A stretch of DNA of 40,000 nucleotides, from NCBI RefSeq assembly GCF_044789845.1, contig NZ_CP085252.1, positions 2,795,932 to 2,835,931 on the forward strand. Reading direction: 5' to 3'. Position numbers and translations under genes: made by a program. The notes under the pieces are model-generated. The model was not told the DNA's origin. It ran no database searches and saw only the letters and a program-made list of their open reading frames with translations. Positions 10,214 to 18,974 of the stretch are shown in pieces (position 1 is the first letter of the stretch; every line of letters begins with the position of its first letter). The stretch is from Jeotgalibacillus malaysiensis (GTDB taxonomy: Bacteria > Bacillota > Bacilli > Bacillales > Jeotgalibacillaceae).

Positions 10214-11237
10214 ATTGATCCACGTTTTCCTTTGTAAAATCAATCGGCTGTCCCATAATAACAATCCGATCTTTAAATTCAATTCTGCCGATATCCGGAA
10301 TGCTTTGACCATCAGATGGCATTTCGCCCCGGATTAATTGTTCAGCAAGTACAACTGTTAAGTAACCAAGCTTTTGAGGACTCCACAAAGTCATTGTATG
10401 TGCGATATCCTTTTTTAGGTATTCACGCATCAAATTTGGAGTCGACGTACCAACTACAGCAATTTCCCCTTCTTTACCATAATCAAGTAACGCTTCACTA
10501 ATGGCCGGTGGATTAACGGTTGAGATGCCAATGATGCCTTCCACGTCGCGATAATCCTGTAAAATATCAACTGTTTTCTGATAGGCAGTCTGAAAATCTT
10601 CATTGGCATATTTAAATGTCCGCAGACTCATATTCGGGTAGAACTCCTCCTGATGAATCGTGAACCACTTGATCCACTCATTCAGGTTGGCAGCATCCTG
10701 AGAACCACTGATAATCGCATAGTCACCTTTTTCTTCCATCTGTTCAGCTAAAAGATCCATAATATGACGCCCCATCCACTCAGGGTCTACCATATTAACA
10801 AAAAAACTTCTATATTGCGGATCAGTATCTGAGTCCCATGTAATTACCTGAATCCCATTATTTATCGCCTCAAGCATCACCTGACCAAGACGGCCGGGGT
10901 CGTTTGCTGCAATCGCGATTGCATCGACATCCATCTCAATCATTTCTCTGAATATCTCAATCTGCTTTTCTGCACTTGCAACTGAGGGTCCTTCGTAAAT
11001 CAAATTCACACCAAGTGCTTCAGCCGCTTCAATCGCACCTTTTTCCGCTGCATCAAAATATGGGATGCCTTCAAGCTTAGGAATCACTGCAATCGTATAA
11101 TCATTATTCTGAGGCTGATTAACTGACTGCACTGTCGTTTCCTCCTGATAAATCACCTGATAAGAAGGACGGCTGCATGCAGTCACCAAACATAGGATCA
11201 TTGCTACAAGTAAGATCACAAACCATTGACGCTGCAT
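10203..11237 (-). CDS. Sugar-binding-protein paralogue, probable extracytoplasmic co-sensor of the adjacent two-component system
   Basis: Lipobox LVTAC. IAVIPKLEGIPYFDAAEKGA and the C-terminus IMGQPIDFTKENVDQYDF parallel the transporter SBP (IMGPPSDFTSENAGDFDF). I chose the start at ATG 11237 (MQRQWFVILL) because GAGGGAGG lies 6 nt upstream. The gene overlaps the kinase gene start by 11 nt. Confidence 0.85.
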   Translation of the reverse strand: MQRQWFVILLVAMILCLVTACSRPSYQVIYQEETTVQSVNQPQNNDYTIAVIPKLEGIPYFDAAEKGAIEAAEALGVNLIYEGPSVASAEKQIEIFREMIEMDVDAIAIAANDPGRLGQVMLEAINNGIQVITWDSDTDPQYRSFFVNMVDPEWMGRHIMDLLAEQMEEKGDYAIISGSQDAANLNEWIKWFTIHQEEFYPNMSLRTFKYANEDFQTAYQKTVDILQDYRDVEGIIGISTVNPPAISEALLDYGKEGEIAVVGTSTPNLMREYLKKDIAHTMTLWSPQKLGYLTVVLAEQLIRGEMPSDGQSIPDIGRIEFKDRIVIMGQPIDFTKENVDQYDF

Positions 11238-11243
11238 AACTTG

Positions 11244-13019
11244 CCTCCCTCTTAAAATGTTGTTATACAAACGGTTTGAGCCGTTTATGGGGTGTCAAAA
11301 AAATTTTTTTGACACGATGATTAACAGTAATTTAAAATGCTGTTTTGATTTTACAGACATGAGATACGCTTCGCGGCTACTACTGTTATGAAATGGTAGT
11401 AGTGGGGGTAAATATGCGATGCACAATGGATCTCCGCAATACTTATGATGACGTACCCTCCCATGTCTCCGGGCATCTGTGTGCCAACATTCCTTCGTTC
11501 GGTCTAATCATAAGGCGGAGGCCGGCTATGCTCCTTTAGGGACTCATAGTCGAATGGAATGAATGATGCCAGCTTCTCCGTGTCATCCTTTGTTAGGCTG
11601 AGTCAGAATGGTTCATTACTCTACAGAAACCTTCAAGACTGGGATATCCTTCATCATAATCGCCTCATCGAACACTCTTTGTTTTGTCGCAATCCCATGT
11701 AAAACTCTTAAGAGTTTCCCGCAAGGTACAACGATTGATTGCTTTTTACGCAATGGATTCTCAGGTCGTGTTGTGTAGTAGTCATGTAACGTTTTAAATG
11801 CTTGATTGTGCCTAATCATGGGCATCATGACGCGGAATAAAAGGGCACGAAGCTTGCTTCTTCCACGTTTTGAAATCCGTTTTTGACCTTTATGCTGACC
11901 GGAAGAATTCTCTTTCAGTGTTAACCCCGCAAGTTTTATTAGTTGGCGTGGGTCCTGGTAGTGAGAAAAGCTGCCGATCTCAGCCATTAATTCAGCGATC
12001 GTGGCATCACCTAAACCATCTACACTCGCAAGCCACTCATACTCAACTGAGGACTGTGCCAGCTCTGTCAGAGAGGCAGTGACAGCTTCTATTTCAATCT
12101 GAAGCTGCCGGAAACGGCGAACCAGCGTGGCAATTTCCATACGGGCCATCGCTAAGCCTTCCGTCATCCCAATTGAGTCATTAGCTACCTCTATCAAACG
12201 AGCTCCTTTTGGCTTTTGAGGAGAAGATAATCCGTCTACCTTTCGGTAAAGGGTTAGTAGTTCCTCGAGACCTTTGCCCTGAACATCTTGTGGCAAAGGG
12301 GTCTGTTCAAGCGCTGCGAGCGCCATCTTCCCGAACGACGGGAAAACCGTTCTGAATTCAGGGAAATAACGATCAAGCCAGCGAATCATCATGTTCTTGA
12401 CTGACCCAAGTTCTTCAGTCAGACGTCCTTTTAGTGTGGCACCAGTGCGAAGCTCTGCCTCGGCATCCCTCAGAATCCGCGGATAACTGAAACGTCCATC
12501 TTTCAATAGCCTCGCAATCACCAATGCATCCTTGCGATCGTGTTTGGTTGGCAGATTGTCATCAAGCTCTTTAGAGCGCTTGACGTGCATCGGATTTGTC
12601 ATCGCGAGGTTAATCCCTCTGTCAGCGAGAAAGTAAGCGAGATTCAGCCAATAATGACCTGTAGGTTCAATACCAGCCAGCACCTCCGTTTTATCAAACT
12701 CTCTCATCGCTTCTAGAACGTTGTGATAAAACCCTTCAAAGCCCTCACGTGACTGGGAGATGGCGAATGGCTTCTTCAACATTCGACCACGATCATCAAC
12801 AAAGCAGGCATAGTGCGTGCGTTTTGCGATGTCCATTCCAATAACGAGTGTATTTTCGGTGACTTGATTAATTTTGTGATTTTGTATAAAATCCATGGTG
12901 GAGTCCTCCTTGGTAACAAATTAGGGGTCAATTCTTAGTGCATTGACACCCCATATCCTACCAAGAGGGCTCTTTTTTGTTCAAGACCCCGAAAACTCTC
13001 CTAACAGGAATGCTCCTTT
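11244..13019 (-). mobile_element. IS110-family (IS1111-like) insertion sequence, copy 1
   Basis: 1776-bp block shared with 24830..26605 in inverted orientation. In the regions I compared by eye I found 8 substitutions and otherwise identical sequence. It contains a DEDD/Tnp20-type transposase gene, a 123-nt leader and a 372-nt non-coding tail. A 13-bp subterminal inverted repeat TATGGGGTGTCAA is present and there are no terminal IRs. Confidence 0.85.
11616..12896 (-). CDS. IS110-family transposase/recombinase (N-terminal RuvC-like DEDD domain, C-terminal Tnp domain)
   Basis: 426 aa. It shows VIGMDIAKRTHYA (first Asp), GIEPTGHYW and KHDRKDA in the N-terminal domain, and SVDGLGDATIAELMAEIG...ISKRGRSKLR in the C-terminal domain. 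This is the typical IS110 architecture. Confidence 0.92.
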   Translation of the reverse strand: MDFIQNHKINQVTENTLVIGMDIAKRTHYACFVDDRGRMLKKPFAISQSREGFEGFYHNVLEAMREFDKTEVLAGIEPTGHYWLNLAYFLADRGINLAMTNPMHVKRSKELDDNLPTKHDRKDALVIARLLKDGRFSYPRILRDAEAELRTGATLKGRLTEELGSVKNMMIRWLDRYFPEFRTVFPSFGKMALAALEQTPLPQDVQGKGLEELLTLYRKVDGLSSPQKPKGARLIEVANDSIGMTEGLAMARMEIATLVRRFRQLQIEIEAVTASLTELAQSSVEYEWLASVDGLGDATIAELMAEIGSFSHYQDPRQLIKLAGLTLKENSSGQHKGQKRISKRGRSKLRALLFRVMMPMIRHNQAFKTLHDYYTTRPENPLRKKQSIVVPCGKLLRVLHGIATKQRVFDEAIMMKDIPVLKVSVE

Positions 13020-13025
13020 TTAAAG

Positions 13026-13637
13026 TTACAGTTGACTCAGGTGCATCATGCTATTCCATTGAATGACTTCAGTCTTTTCATTAATTTCCAGGATCGAAAT
13101 ACCTGCATTATGCATCTTAATTGATCGGTATGAGGAGCGGGGGAGGCCCAGCCATTCAGTTGCCAGCAAACGGTTGAACGTATTATGTGCTACAACCAGT
13201 ATGACATGATCTTCATGATGCTTTTTAAGATCTTCAAAAAAATGAAGACCTCTTTTCACAACATCAAACCCCTTCTCCCCGGATTCTCCTGCATGTACTG
13301 TGTCAGGGTCAACTAGCCACTCATCCCATCTTAACTTATCTGTATGTTCAATTTCAGATCGAGTAAGTCCTTCCCACCCTCCAAAATTAATCTCAGAAAG
13401 CCGCTCATCTGTGACTATGTTCTTCACATTTCCTGAAATAACCTCTGCCGTTTTAACTGCTCTTTGAAGCGGAGAAGCATATACTTTATCAAATGAAACA
13501 ACTGATAATATCTCCCTGGCAGCTTCAGTCTGTTTCAATCCTGTATCGGATAGTTCAATATCAGTCAGTCCGCAATATTTGTTACCTTCAGCATTCCATA
13601 CAGTTTCCCCATGCCTTAATAGATAGACAAGTGTCAT
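13026..13637 (-). CDS. Histidine phosphatase family protein (phosphoglycerate-mutase-like sugar phosphatase)
   Basis: 203 aa. It has the LLRHGETVWN catalytic RHG motif, a later VVAHNTF histidine motif, and SPLQRA. It overlaps the upstream kinase gene by 4 nt. Confidence 0.85.
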   Translation of the reverse strand: MTLVYLLRHGETVWNAEGNKYCGLTDIELSDTGLKQTEAAREILSVVSFDKVYASPLQRAVKTAEVISGNVKNIVTDERLSEINFGGWEGLTRSEIEHTDKLRWDEWLVDPDTVHAGESGEKGFDVVKRGLHFFEDLKKHHEDHVILVVAHNTFNRLLATEWLGLPRSSYRSIKMHNAGISILEINEKTEVIQWNSMMHLSQL

Positions 13638-15073
13638 AGCTTGTACCCTCTCTCACCCATAATTTCAACAAAATTCTGATAATATTCTTCAAATTTCCTA
13701 CCTGTTGCTATGTCAGGCTCAATGATCGTTTCTTTTAGAAGCATATATTTACCAGCCTCCTGTAGCGAATTAAATCGTGTACGGGAAGCGGCGATAATAG
13801 CTACTCCAACTGCTCCGTCAGTATATTTCATTTTAATAACTGGTTTATTCAGTATATTGCTCCTGATCTTGAGCCAGGCAAAACTATTACTACCACCGCC
13901 GGCTGTATATACCTCATTGATCTGTTCCCCACTCAGATCAGCAATCAATTCAAATGACATTCTTTCTAAATAACCCACACCTTCAAGTCTCGACGTGTAA
14001 AGAGCTTCTCTAGATAGATCTGGATGATCAAACCCTGTTGCTTCAGCATGTTGAAAAGGAAATCTTTCTCCTTTGCCGTTAAGTGGATAAGAATAGGTTC
14101 CTGTCGGGAATAATGCTTCTGCTGACTGGTTCAAATCATTCATGTCTTCGATATACTGTCTAATCCAGATCGCACCCGTGTTACTGGCCCCTCCCGGCAT
14201 CCAAAAACCATCAGGATGCTTGTGGCTGTACACCCGTCCTTCAGGATCAGCAGGCGGTTTGTTAGTAACACCTTTGATTACCATAGTAGTGCCAATCGTT
14301 GTATTCCACATCCCCGGAGAAATCGCACCAGCAGCAAATTGAGAAGCGCACCCATCCGTAAGCCCGGCTGTTACCTTTAACTGTTCAGGCAGACCGGTTT
14401 TTTCAGCAACACTTCTAGAAACTCGGCCAATGATATCCCCGGGAAACGTTACATCTGGTAATAATGAAAAGTCTATATCTAACTCACTGATATACACCGG
14501 CCATTGAACCGATTCCAGGTCATAACCGGTTTTTAATGCATTTGTATAATCGGTGACGCCCCATCTTCCTGTAAGACACCCAATTACATAATCAGCAGCA
14601 TGAGCCCAATATTTTATCCGTCCTGCTTTATCAGGAAACTGATCATGAAACCATTTAATTTTTGGCAAACCATAAGAGGCGTTGAATTTAGTAGAATGTC
14701 CAGACCTTTTGGAAGCTTCATTACACATGACTGCTGCCGACTCAGCTCTTCGGTCATGATACATAATTGCAGGATGTAACGGAATTCCTGATCCATCTAA
14801 AGGAATCACTGTGCCAGATGTAGAGGAAACAGATAATGCCACAAGATTATTTAATTTTCCTTTAAACTTTAACTCATCAGTAAGCCGCTTCAAAAGGCTA
14901 AAAGTATTAAGTATCCAAAGGTCAGGATGCTGTTCCTTCTTAGGCCCCTCATCCAGATCCAGGGTAAAAGCATGTTTTTCAACAGCAATAACATTACCTG
15001 TTTCATCGACCGCTACACACCTGATACCTTGAGTGCCAATATCAACCCCTATAAAAAGAGCATGATTATTCAT
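13634..15073 (-). CDS. FGGY-family carbohydrate kinase
   Basis: FIGVDIGTQGIR N-terminal motif and the C-terminal GGGSNSFAWLKIRSNIL motif. I set the start to ATG 15073 (MNNHALF) because AGGAG lies 8 nt upstream. The track start at 15091 would overlap the aldolase gene. Confidence 0.85.
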   Translation of the reverse strand: MNNHALFIGVDIGTQGIRCVAVDETGNVIAVEKHAFTLDLDEGPKKEQHPDLWILNTFSLLKRLTDELKFKGKLNNLVALSVSSTSGTVIPLDGSGIPLHPAIMYHDRRAESAAVMCNEASKRSGHSTKFNASYGLPKIKWFHDQFPDKAGRIKYWAHAADYVIGCLTGRWGVTDYTNALKTGYDLESVQWPVYISELDIDFSLLPDVTFPGDIIGRVSRSVAEKTGLPEQLKVTAGLTDGCASQFAAGAISPGMWNTTIGTTMVIKGVTNKPPADPEGRVYSHKHPDGFWMPGGASNTGAIWIRQYIEDMNDLNQSAEALFPTGTYSYPLNGKGERFPFQHAEATGFDHPDLSREALYTSRLEGVGYLERMSFELIADLSGEQINEVYTAGGGSNSFAWLKIRSNILNKPVIKMKYTDGAVGVAIIAASRTRFNSLQEAGKYMLLKETIIEPDIATGRKFEEYYQNFVEIMGERGYKL

Positions 15074-15077
15074 CTCA

Positions 15078-15749
15078 TTAACTCCTATCAAGCAGCTTTT
15101 GACGATATTTTTCTGCCTCCAAATTTAAAATCGCCTGCTTTTCATCATAAGTTAGCACTCTTGGCTGACCAAAAGCAGAGCTGATCCAATAAACCCGCGC
15201 ACCATCTTCAATAATTTCAGTACGATAATAAGCCTGCTTCATATTAGTCCCAACAGTAATTAGTCCGTGATTACGTAAACATAAAGCCTGATAAGACGGA
15301 TCTTTTAACACACCAATGACCGCAAATGCCAATTCATCCGAACACGGAATCACATAATCAATCAATGGCACAGTATCACCTACAATCGCCACATAATCCG
15401 GAAACATCATTGGCACTTCTTCAAGACCGGAGGAAATCATCCCAATCGTAACAGGTGGGTGTGTATGAACAATTGCCTCAACATCCTCACGCTGACGATA
15501 AATTTCTAAATGCATCCTCACCTCAGAAGACGGCTGAAGCATCTCATGCAAATTTTCTCCTGATTCAATGTTTACAGGGACCCACGATTCATCTGACACA
15601 TCATCAAGAGCAAATCCACTAGGCGAAATCCACATCACATCCCCATCCCGCATACTCGTATTCCCACCAGGACCAACCGCCAGCTTATTCTCTACCACCT
15701 TACGACTATACTCACTCAACGGAACCCTTATCTCGTCACGAATCTTCAA
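15078..15749 (-). CDS. Class II aldolase/adducin-family protein (L-ribulose-5-P 4-epimerase or L-fuculose-P aldolase-like)
   Basis: 223 aa. GPGGNTS, PSSEVRMHLEIY and IVHTHPP are the class II aldolase/epimerase metal-binding motifs. Confidence 0.85.
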   Translation of the reverse strand: MKIRDEIRVPLSEYSRKVVENKLAVGPGGNTSMRDGDVMWISPSGFALDDVSDESWVPVNIESGENLHEMLQPSSEVRMHLEIYRQREDVEAIVHTHPPVTIGMISSGLEEVPMMFPDYVAIVGDTVPLIDYVIPCSDELAFAVIGVLKDPSYQALCLRNHGLITVGTNMKQAYYRTEIIEDGARVYWISSAFGQPRVLTYDEKQAILNLEAEKYRQKLLDRS

Positions 15750-15866
15750 AATTCCTCACTCCATTCTATTATGTAAGCGCATACAATAATTTTAGGTGAA
15801 ATTCAAGCAATCTAATAGGTGACGATGTTTGGGTGTAGGGGGAGGATTTTCGGGAGAGTGGGGGGT

Positions 15867-15930
15867 GAAGCCCGGGGTCAGACCCCCGCCTTCGGAAAAA
15901 CGAAGGGCAGGGTCAGACCCCGCCCTTCGC
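15867..15930. repeat. REP doublet (two tandem units, core GGTCAGACC), 10 nt downstream of the RAYT gene
   Basis: GAAGCCCGGGGTCAGACCCCCGCCTTC (15867..15893) and CGAAGGGCAGGGTCAGACCCCGCCCTTCGC (15901..15930). Each is an imperfect palindrome. Confidence 0.9.
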
Positions 15931-15940
15931 TCTATCTCTA

Positions 15941-16714
15941 TCACACCTTCCAAATAATCGTCTTAGGTATTCCCAATACTCTCGCCAGCTGGGTACTGGA
16001 AAATTTCCTGGTGTTTTTCAGTTGTTTAATGATTGGGTTTCGTTTAACGGGCGGGAGTTTTTTGATGTGGGTAAGGTCTGTGTTTGTGCAGATGGATTGG
16101 ATGATTTCGACTGCTTGGGCATCTGTATATTTGGGGATTTTGGAAGGAGGTTTTTCGGGAAGGTCATAAGCAACTTCTGTATATTCGATGAACCGACGCG
16201 TGGACTGGCTTGGGTCGTCTGAGTAATATTTCAGCACGCCTGCAGTATCTGTAAGCCCCGGACAATGACTCGCTAATCCGTAAAAACACCTGCAGCTGCT
16301 CCATTGGTAATCAGAAGGATTTTCAACAAGTGAGCTTCTGACAGGATTTTGATGTGTGTAGCGTATGACAGTATGCAGGTACGAAATATTTTCAACCGGA
16401 CTGCTGTAAAAGCGCCCTTCGTAAATTGTCCCGCTCCCCTCATATTTCTGATTCATATACATCGAATAAGTGCCGTTGATCCGCTGCATCACCTTCGAAA
16501 TACTCAGTTCTATTGTTCTGATCACCAAATGAATATGATTATCCATCAGGCACCAGGAAAACACTTGAAAGCCTGATTCATCTTTAAGCTTCTTTAAACG
16601 GTTCAAAAAAAATCGCCTGTCCGCATCCTCATAAAAAATCAACTGCTTGTTAATACCTTTAATTGTAATGTGATAGATTCCTGATTTGCTTACTTCGCGG
16701 GGTTTTCTTGGCAC
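15941..16714 (-). CDS. REP-associated tyrosine transposase (RAYT; IS200/IS605-like Y1 HUH enzyme) with C-terminal HTH-like extension
   Basis: 257 aa. It has the HUH motif in MDNHIHLVIRT, the catalytic-Tyr region VIRYTHQNPV, no tnpB partner, and REP units on both sides. Confidence 0.8.
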   Translation of the reverse strand: MPRKPREVSKSGIYHITIKGINKQLIFYEDADRRFFLNRLKKLKDESGFQVFSWCLMDNHIHLVIRTIELSISKVMQRINGTYSMYMNQKYEGSGTIYEGRFYSSPVENISYLHTVIRYTHQNPVRSSLVENPSDYQWSSCRCFYGLASHCPGLTDTAGVLKYYSDDPSQSTRRFIEYTEVAYDLPEKPPSKIPKYTDAQAVEIIQSICTNTDLTHIKKLPPVKRNPIIKQLKNTRKFSSTQLARVLGIPKTIIWKV

Positions 16715-16740
16715 GGGGTGTGCTCCTTTCGGGGGTGGGT

Positions 16741-16832
16741 TTTAGCGAAGGGTGGGGTGGTTTAGCGAAGGATGGGGTCAGACCCCCGCCTTCGCTCCGA
16801 AGGCAAGGGTCTGACCCCATCCATCCTTCGCT
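16741..16832. repeat. REP half-copy plus inverted REP doublet upstream of the RAYT gene
   Basis: Three elements: TTTAGCGAAGGGTGGGG half-unit (16741..16758); GCGAAGGATGGGGTCAGACCCCCGCCTTCGC (16765..16795); CGAAGGCAAGGGTCTGACCCCATCCATCCTTCGC (16798..16832). The two full units are mutually inverted. Confidence 0.9.
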
Positions 16833-17692
16833 TACTTTGCAATTTTGTTGATTGAATCGATGACGGGTATGTTGAGGCTGCGGGCCATGATTCGTGCGCC
16901 TTTGTCGTGTGATACGAAGACGAGTGGTGTGCCGAGTTGGATTTCGTGCAGGACGCCTGCGACGATTCTTTCGTCTGGTGTGTTGTAGCTGTTGTGATTT
17001 TTAGGGCGACGCGTCCACTGCAGTCGGTTGCTTTTCTGGTAGTATTCGAGGACGTCGAATCCCATTTGTGCGTTTCTTCTGACGGCTGGTGATTCATTTT
17101 TCTTCAGGCCTTCAAGTTCTCCGAAAACTGTTGGGTGCAGGAAGATATGAGCCTTGGTTTCCTGTAACACATTTAGCAGAATCGGTTGAAAATGCATGAT
17201 AAAGTTTGTATCGAGGGCAAGGTGATATCCCTGATTTATGTACGTCTGAATATTTTCCGTGTAGATCGAATTCGTTTCAAGTGTACGCTTTTCGTAAAAG
17301 CTGGTTCTGGCTTTCTTTTCAAACCTTTTAGCTGCCGTACTGCTCTGATTCGCCTGCACAAAAAATAAGACAATAAATCCGATAATGGCAATGCCACCAA
17401 TACCTGTGTTGTCATTCATTGATGCATATACAATCAAATACGGTGCACCTGCCCCAAGTAAAATGAGATACATCCATGACCATACGTAGGTCCCCGCAAA
17501 CGCCAGTCCGCTTCCCGGAAACAATAGTGATAATACATAAGCCAGTGCAGAAGATCTCTTGAATGTTTTTAACTTCCGATTCATAAATGTAAACCCAATG
17601 ATCAGTACCATTGTAAACAATGCGATAGTTCCGCAAAGCAGCATAAACATCTCCAGCCGCTCCTTTTGCTCAAGCATTCTAATCAAAAACAA
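16832..17692 (-). CDS. Membrane-anchored PIN-domain protein (putative ribonuclease)
   Basis: 286 aa. About four N-terminal hydrophobic helices are followed by a PIN-like pattern of acidic residues (ALDTNFIMH, VFGELEGLK, TPDERIV, VSHDKGARIMARSLNIPV). The start may instead be at the internal MFMLLCG. Confidence 0.65.
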   Translation of the reverse strand: MFLIRMLEQKERLEMFMLLCGTIALFTMVLIIGFTFMNRKLKTFKRSSALAYVLSLLFPGSGLAFAGTYVWSWMYLILLGAGAPYLIVYASMNDNTGIGGIAIIGFIVLFFVQANQSSTAAKRFEKKARTSFYEKRTLETNSIYTENIQTYINQGYHLALDTNFIMHFQPILLNVLQETKAHIFLHPTVFGELEGLKKNESPAVRRNAQMGFDVLEYYQKSNRLQWTRRPKNHNSYNTPDERIVAGVLHEIQLGTPLVFVSHDKGARIMARSLNIPVIDSINKIAK

Positions 17693-17815
17693 TGTTGAAG
17701 CCTAACTCAATACACTCATCCCCCATCAATAACAATATGGACTAATTTTACAACAAATGAGTCTATAGTTGTAGATAGGAGAACGATATTTTTGATTCTT
17801 TTTATTCATGTGATA

Positions 17816-17891
17816 GCGAAGAGCGGGGTCAGACCCTGCACTTCGTTGTTGAAAGCTAGAGCGAAGGCAAGGGTCTGACCCCCCACACTTC
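17816..17891. repeat. REP doublet (inverted units)
   Basis: GCGAAGAGCGGGGTCAGACCCTGCACTTCG (17816..17845) and GCGAAGGCAAGGGTCTGACCCCCCACACTTC (17861..17891). Confidence 0.9.
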
Positions 17892-17895
17892 ACAA

Positions 17896-18786
17896 TTACT
17901 TATAGTTAAAAAACCATTTATGATAAAGCTTCAACAAATGATACGCGTCATGATCTTCTTCAACTTCGAGCTGTGCGAGTGGCATTTTTTTAGGTTCATC
18001 TTCGTGAATACAATCCATAATGATGCCATACACGGGATCAACTTTAATCTTCTGATCGAACGCCGTACAAGTCAAATCATCAAACATATATATCTGAGGC
18101 CCAATCTGACTGCTGTGATAGCCTTCTATTGGAAACGAAAAACGTTCATCTAAATAATGATAAAACTTCAACAAATTCTGCTTATCAACATAAAACATAT
18201 CACCAATTTTTTGATCCGGATATTTTACTCCTGTTTTTAACTCATTAAATCCTAATACTTTTCCTATCTCTTCTTCGTAATCTTCTAGAATGGACCAATC
18301 CTCATTTGAAAAATCATGATTTGTTGAGTCACTAATTGGTCTCTCACTGCCTTGTTCCATATCATTTTTATAATCTGGGTTCAGATTGAACAAAACATTA
18401 ATACCTATATTGTTAAATGAAGAGTTCTGTCTTGTAGCCTTCGTTTCAAACTCACTACCAAGTACATTCATATTAAATCGTTCCCTAAGCTTCCTTGATT
18501 TTTGCATCGGAGTTGCCGCTTTAACACCAAAGTATTCAAAAAGCTCTTCAGTTGGCACGTAAGGATCACGCTTTGAACTCGATAACCGATTCACAAAACC
18601 AACCGCATGAACCACCGCTGCAGCCCAAATATTGAGCTGTCCTTTCATAAAAAGAACTTTCTCCTCTTTGCTCATTAACTCAATTAAATGACCAGTCAAT
18701 TCCTCATACTCCTCATTCAAATGCCGGTCACAAAAATCCTTAGTCAACTTAAGCAACTCTGCTTTTCTCTCTTCCATGCGATCCAT
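17896..18786 (-). CDS. Hypothetical protein (N-terminal region resembling DUF6398; C-terminal region resembling the small 'calcium-binding protein' family of Firmicutes)
   Basis: 296-aa ORF with GGAGGGGA upstream of the ATG. N-terminal pattern: FCDRHLNEEYEELTGHLIELM...IWAAAVVHAVGFVN. C-terminal pattern: YHYLDERFSFPIEG...PLAQLEVEE...YHKWFFNY. The domain assignment is from memory only. Confidence 0.6.
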   Translation of the reverse strand: MDRMEERKAELLKLTKDFCDRHLNEEYEELTGHLIELMSKEEKVLFMKGQLNIWAAAVVHAVGFVNRLSSSKRDPYVPTEELFEYFGVKAATPMQKSRKLRERFNMNVLGSEFETKATRQNSSFNNIGINVLFNLNPDYKNDMEQGSERPISDSTNHDFSNEDWSILEDYEEEIGKVLGFNELKTGVKYPDQKIGDMFYVDKQNLLKFYHYLDERFSFPIEGYHSSQIGPQIYMFDDLTCTAFDQKIKVDPVYGIIMDCIHEDEPKKMPLAQLEVEEDHDAYHLLKLYHKWFFNYK

Positions 18787-18818
18787 CTAATCCCCTCCTA
18801 AAAGCAAGATTGAGATAA

Positions 18819-18920
18819 CGAAGTACAGGGTCTGACCCCGCCCTTCGCTGATTCATTCCTACTCTCAACCACAATAAATGACAGCAGGAGCGAAGGCAAG
18901 GGTCTGACCCCAGCCTTCAC
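18819..18920. repeat. REP doublet (tandem units separated by 41 nt)
   Basis: CGAAGTACAGGGTCTGACCCCGCCCTTCGC (18819..18848) and GCGAAGGCAAGGGTCTGACCCCAGCCTTCAC (18890..18920). Confidence 0.9.
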
Positions 18921-18974
18921 TCACCAGTAACTTTTCTTTACTCACAACGTCTAACTGTTAAGGGAGGAATTGGA

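Noticed and set aside
10214-10312. A 33-codon N-terminal extension of the histidine kinase ORF.
   Set aside because: It would overlap the binding-protein gene by 110 nt. The internal ATG at 10213 begins the expected short cytoplasmic stub and first TM helix.
15819-16169. Track ORF of 116 aa on the plus strand, together with 16762..17097 on the minus strand (111 aa).
   Set aside because: Both run through REP units and are antisense to, or overlap, the RAYT and PIN genes. Their Gly/Arg- or Ser/Thr-rich low-complexity translations are artefacts of the GC-rich repeats.
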